Positions 61,640 through 63,913 of a stretch of DNA of 63,913 nucleotides are shown here, piece after piece. The notes beneath the pieces are model-generated. The model saw only the letters and a program-made list of their open reading frames with translations. It did no database searches and was not told the DNA's origin. Made by a program: the position numbers and the translations under genes. Position 1 is the first letter of the stretch. Each line of letters begins with the position of its first letter. Location: the NCBI GenBank assembly GCA_903910795.1, contig CAIWAX010000251.1, positions 1 through 63,913 of the forward strand. Direction: 5' to 3'. The stretch is from an uncultured Anaerolineae bacterium. Its GTDB lineage: Bacteria; Chloroflexota; Anaerolineae; Anaerolineales; Villigracilaceae.

Positions 61640-63769
61640 TTATAAGACAAAATCAGCATCCTGTACCAATTTACCCATTTTTTGTATTTCGCGTTTGGCG
61701 CCGTGCAGCAAATGGGTCATGTTGACCACGCCGCCGTCGGCGGCGGCCACATAGGCGGCGCTGACGATAATATTGCGAATATTGCCGCCCGATAGTTTGA
61801 AACGTTTGGCCATCAGGGGCAGATCGAGATCGGGAACGATGGGAAGATCGGGCGGCATGAGGACTTTCCAGATGCGCAGGCGATATTCTTCATCCGGGAA
61901 AGGAAAATTAATAATGAACTGCAGGCGCCGGGTGAAGGCTTCATCCAGGTTGGCGCGCAGGTTGGTGGCCAGGATGGCCACCCCGCTGTAGCTTTCCATG
62001 CGTTGCAGCAAATAGCCGACTTCAATGTTGGCGTACCGATCATGCGCATCCTTGACCTCGGAACGCTTGCCAAAGATGGCATCCGCTTCATCAAAAAAAA
62101 GGATGGCGTTGCTCGAGGAGGCTTCGGTAAAAATGTGTTCCAGGTTTTTTTCGGTTTCGCCGATGTACTTGCTGACCATGGTGGAGAGATCGATACGATA
62201 AAGATCGATGCCAAGCTGATTGGCCATGATCTGGGCGGCCAGGGTTTTGCCCGTGCCGGGAGGCCCGGAGAAAAGCGCCGAGATGCCCGCCCCGGCAGTC
62301 AATTTTCGTCCCAAACCCCAAGTATCCAGCACCAAGGGCCGCAGCCTGACCATGTCGACCATTTCTTTGAGCATATCGGTGGCGGTCTTTGGCACGACCA
62401 GATCTTCCCACGAATAACGCGGTTCAATCTTGTGGGTCAGTTCGTCCAGATGGTGCTCAGAATGAAAACGGGCCGCGCTGAACAGGTCGACCATCTCCAG
62501 AGAACGCTCTTCCTGCAAGGCGTGTGACATGGCGGTGGAGGCTGCCGCCACAATCTGCCCACTGCTCAGATTAAACTGTCCGGCCAGGATACTCATTTCG
62601 TTTTCCAGCAGGTTATCATCCACGCCAGCCACCGCAGAGGACCATAGATCAGCCCGTTCGGCGGCGCTCAGTTCCGTGAAGGGCACATGCATCAACGGGT
62701 AATCATTGCCAGCCATGTCCGGGTTGAATTTAAAGGGACGCTGGCTGCCGATCAGCGTGCAATCACCGGTCTGTCGCAAAAGATTGAAGATGCTGGTGAG
62801 CAGACAACCATTGCCATCTATTAGCGTATCACAATCGCTGAGGTAAATCAATGCCTTCTGCAGGCGCGCATCCCTGACAGCCAGGCTGACGATGTGAATG
62901 GCAGAATCGGCCTGATCATCGGGCGAAAGCCTGACCAGCAGCAGCGCGCGCCCCAGGCTGGCGGCTACCTGCCGGGCGGACAGTTGTTTCAGCAAGGCAT
63001 CGCCGCCCTGCAGCGAAATGAATGGCCGCGCGGAATCCAAAACACTTGCGGCGGGCAGCCTGGCGGGTGTCTCTACGTCGGCAGCCTCATCGAAGATCAG
63101 TTCCGCGCGGCCAGCCAGCGCGGCGGAGGTGGTGTAATGTCCCAGCAGCCAGTCGATCAACCCGTCCGAGATTTGAAAAGCCTGGCGCAGCCGGTTGAAT
63201 GGTTTTCCGGGCTCTTCCACCGCTTCCAGCAGCCTGGAATAGATCAGCGGAGCATCGGGGTTAAAGGAGTTGAGCGCATCCAGGCGCGCCAGCCCTTCGG
63301 GCATCAGCAGTCCGAGGATCAGGTTCGCACTGGCATACGTGCGGGTGACATCATCTTGCAAATAACTGTAAATACGTTCGTAGCGCAAATCCAGGCCGGG
63401 TGCCAGGCACACGATCAGCGCCCACCACTCAAAGTCACTCAGCGAAAAAATTTCTTTCAACTGCTTCAGGCGCAGGCGCACATTTTGCGCATCAGCCTGT
63501 TCTTCAACTTCCCGGATGCGTTCCGTGGCGCGCTCCAGGGCCTGCTGCAGTGTCCGTTCATCTTCTTCCGGCAGGCTTGTGCCGCCGGCGCCCCGCTGGG
63601 TCAGCGCCAACGCATCGGTATCCGAAATATACAAGCCTCTGAAGCGGTCATTCGGGTTCTGCCCGGCAATCTGCCACCGCCGGACTTCCAGTTCCAGGCG
63701 CGCGTCCAGCCAGGAAAGGGTGACCTGCAGGTATTGGCGTTCAAGTGTGACCGGTTCAGTCTTCGTCAT
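61640..63769 (-). CDS. CIS AAA+ ATPase (Afp15/Pvc15-like, CDC48-type C-terminal module)
   Basis: Walker A 'GPPGTGKTLAAQ', Walker B 'ILFFDEADAIFGKR', 'ILATNLRANLDEAFTRRL'. Start set at ATG 63769 (MTKTEPV...). The ORF-track GTG at 63814 would translate the tandem repeat. Confidence 0.9.
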   Translation of the reverse strand: MTKTEPVTLERQYLQVTLSWLDARLELEVRRWQIAGQNPNDRFRGLYISDTDALALTQRGAGGTSLPEEDERTLQQALERATERIREVEEQADAQNVRLRLKQLKEIFSLSDFEWWALIVCLAPGLDLRYERIYSYLQDDVTRTYASANLILGLLMPEGLARLDALNSFNPDAPLIYSRLLEAVEEPGKPFNRLRQAFQISDGLIDWLLGHYTTSAALAGRAELIFDEAADVETPARLPAASVLDSARPFISLQGGDALLKQLSARQVAASLGRALLLVRLSPDDQADSAIHIVSLAVRDARLQKALIYLSDCDTLIDGNGCLLTSIFNLLRQTGDCTLIGSQRPFKFNPDMAGNDYPLMHVPFTELSAAERADLWSSAVAGVDDNLLENEMSILAGQFNLSSGQIVAAASTAMSHALQEERSLEMVDLFSAARFHSEHHLDELTHKIEPRYSWEDLVVPKTATDMLKEMVDMVRLRPLVLDTWGLGRKLTAGAGISALFSGPPGTGKTLAAQIMANQLGIDLYRIDLSTMVSKYIGETEKNLEHIFTEASSSNAILFFDEADAIFGKRSEVKDAHDRYANIEVGYLLQRMESYSGVAILATNLRANLDEAFTRRLQFIINFPFPDEEYRLRIWKVLMPPDLPIVPDLDLPLMAKRFKLSGGNIRNIIVSAAYVAAADGGVVNMTHLLHGAKREIQKMGKLVQDADFVL

Positions 63770-63830
63770 GGTAATCCAGGTTTCTGCACGGGATGGTAAT
63801 CCAGGTTTATGCACGGGATGGTAATCAAAC
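63769..63830 (-). repeat. 2.5 x 25-nt tandem unit abutting the ATPase start codon
   Basis: tggtaatccaggtttctgcacggga / tggtaatccaggtttatgcacggga / tggtaatcaaac. Same family as 56111-56160. Confidence 0.85.
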
Positions 63831-63913
63831 GTAATTCAATTTACCGCAAAGGCGCAAAGTGCGCAAAGTTTTTTTGTGGCATTTCCTGGCGCACTTAGCG
63901 CCCTGGCGGTGAA

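Noticed and set aside
1-63913. Looked for rRNA, tRNA, tmRNA, integrase/att sites and prophage head or lysis genes around the CIS locus.
   Set aside because: I recognised none by eye in any intergenic region. Cloverleaf-like or rRNA-like sequences are absent as far as manual inspection allows. tRNAscan/Infernal would be needed for certainty.

Overview
63.9-kb bacterial chromosomal window. I saw no rRNA, tRNA or CRISPR array. All family calls come from reading the translated ORFs and the DNA by eye; no searches were run.

(1) 0.2-17.3 kb, + strand. An F420/LLM-type oxidoreductase and a pentapeptide-repeat protein come first. A DRTGG / CBS-HATPase / DRTGG / PHP signalling cassette follows. Then comes a NAD(P)-linked group-3 [NiFe] hydrogenase locus with two NuoE/NuoF-type diaphorase modules: one NuoE-HATPase-HndB-NuoF(+2x[4Fe-4S]) set and one HoxEFU(long)YH set. 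An intact IS66-family element with 14-bp terminal inverted repeats and an 8-bp target duplication sits between hoxH and the CBS/hoxW genes.

(2) 17.3-38 kb, mixed housekeeping and accessory genes:
- a MoxR-DUF58-VWA-VWA operon
- an S1 protease and a ferritin-like protein
- three tandem LysM-M23 lipoprotein paralogs
- a thiol-redox cluster (OsmC, TlpA, a two-domain thioredoxin-fold protein, ECF sigma / anti-sigma). The thioredoxin-fold protein has TGA in place of the first Cys of its CPYC motif, followed by a hairpin, so it is a candidate selenoprotein.
- a cNMP-binding::NifU fusion
- two SPFH proteins
- an S8 peptidase with a GHGSWSG heptad array, preceded by what looks like a c-di-GMP-I riboswitch plus terminator

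(3) 38-63.8 kb, minus strand. A large cyclase-AAA-TPR regulator is followed by a complete phage-tail-like contractile injection system (eCIS/CIS) operon. Its parts are AAA+ ATPase, DUF4157 protein, DUF4255 cap, sheath, two tubes, a chaperone-like gene, a third tube-like protein, a Pro/Ala-rich tape-measure-like protein, LysM protein, VgrG, PAAR, gp25, baseplate J, a gpI-like protein, an unknown protein and a lytic transglycosylase. No tail fibre, capsid, terminase or integrase is visible.

The CIS locus has several features that ordinary annotation would miss:
- a G7 slippery run that joins the chaperone-like ORF to a start-less -1 frame ORF
- an unannotated 45-aa ORF that shares the C-terminal motif of the tape-measure-like protein
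- three families of short intergenic repeats. One of them, a 24-nt motif, also occurs outside the locus and is always co-oriented with the downstream gene.
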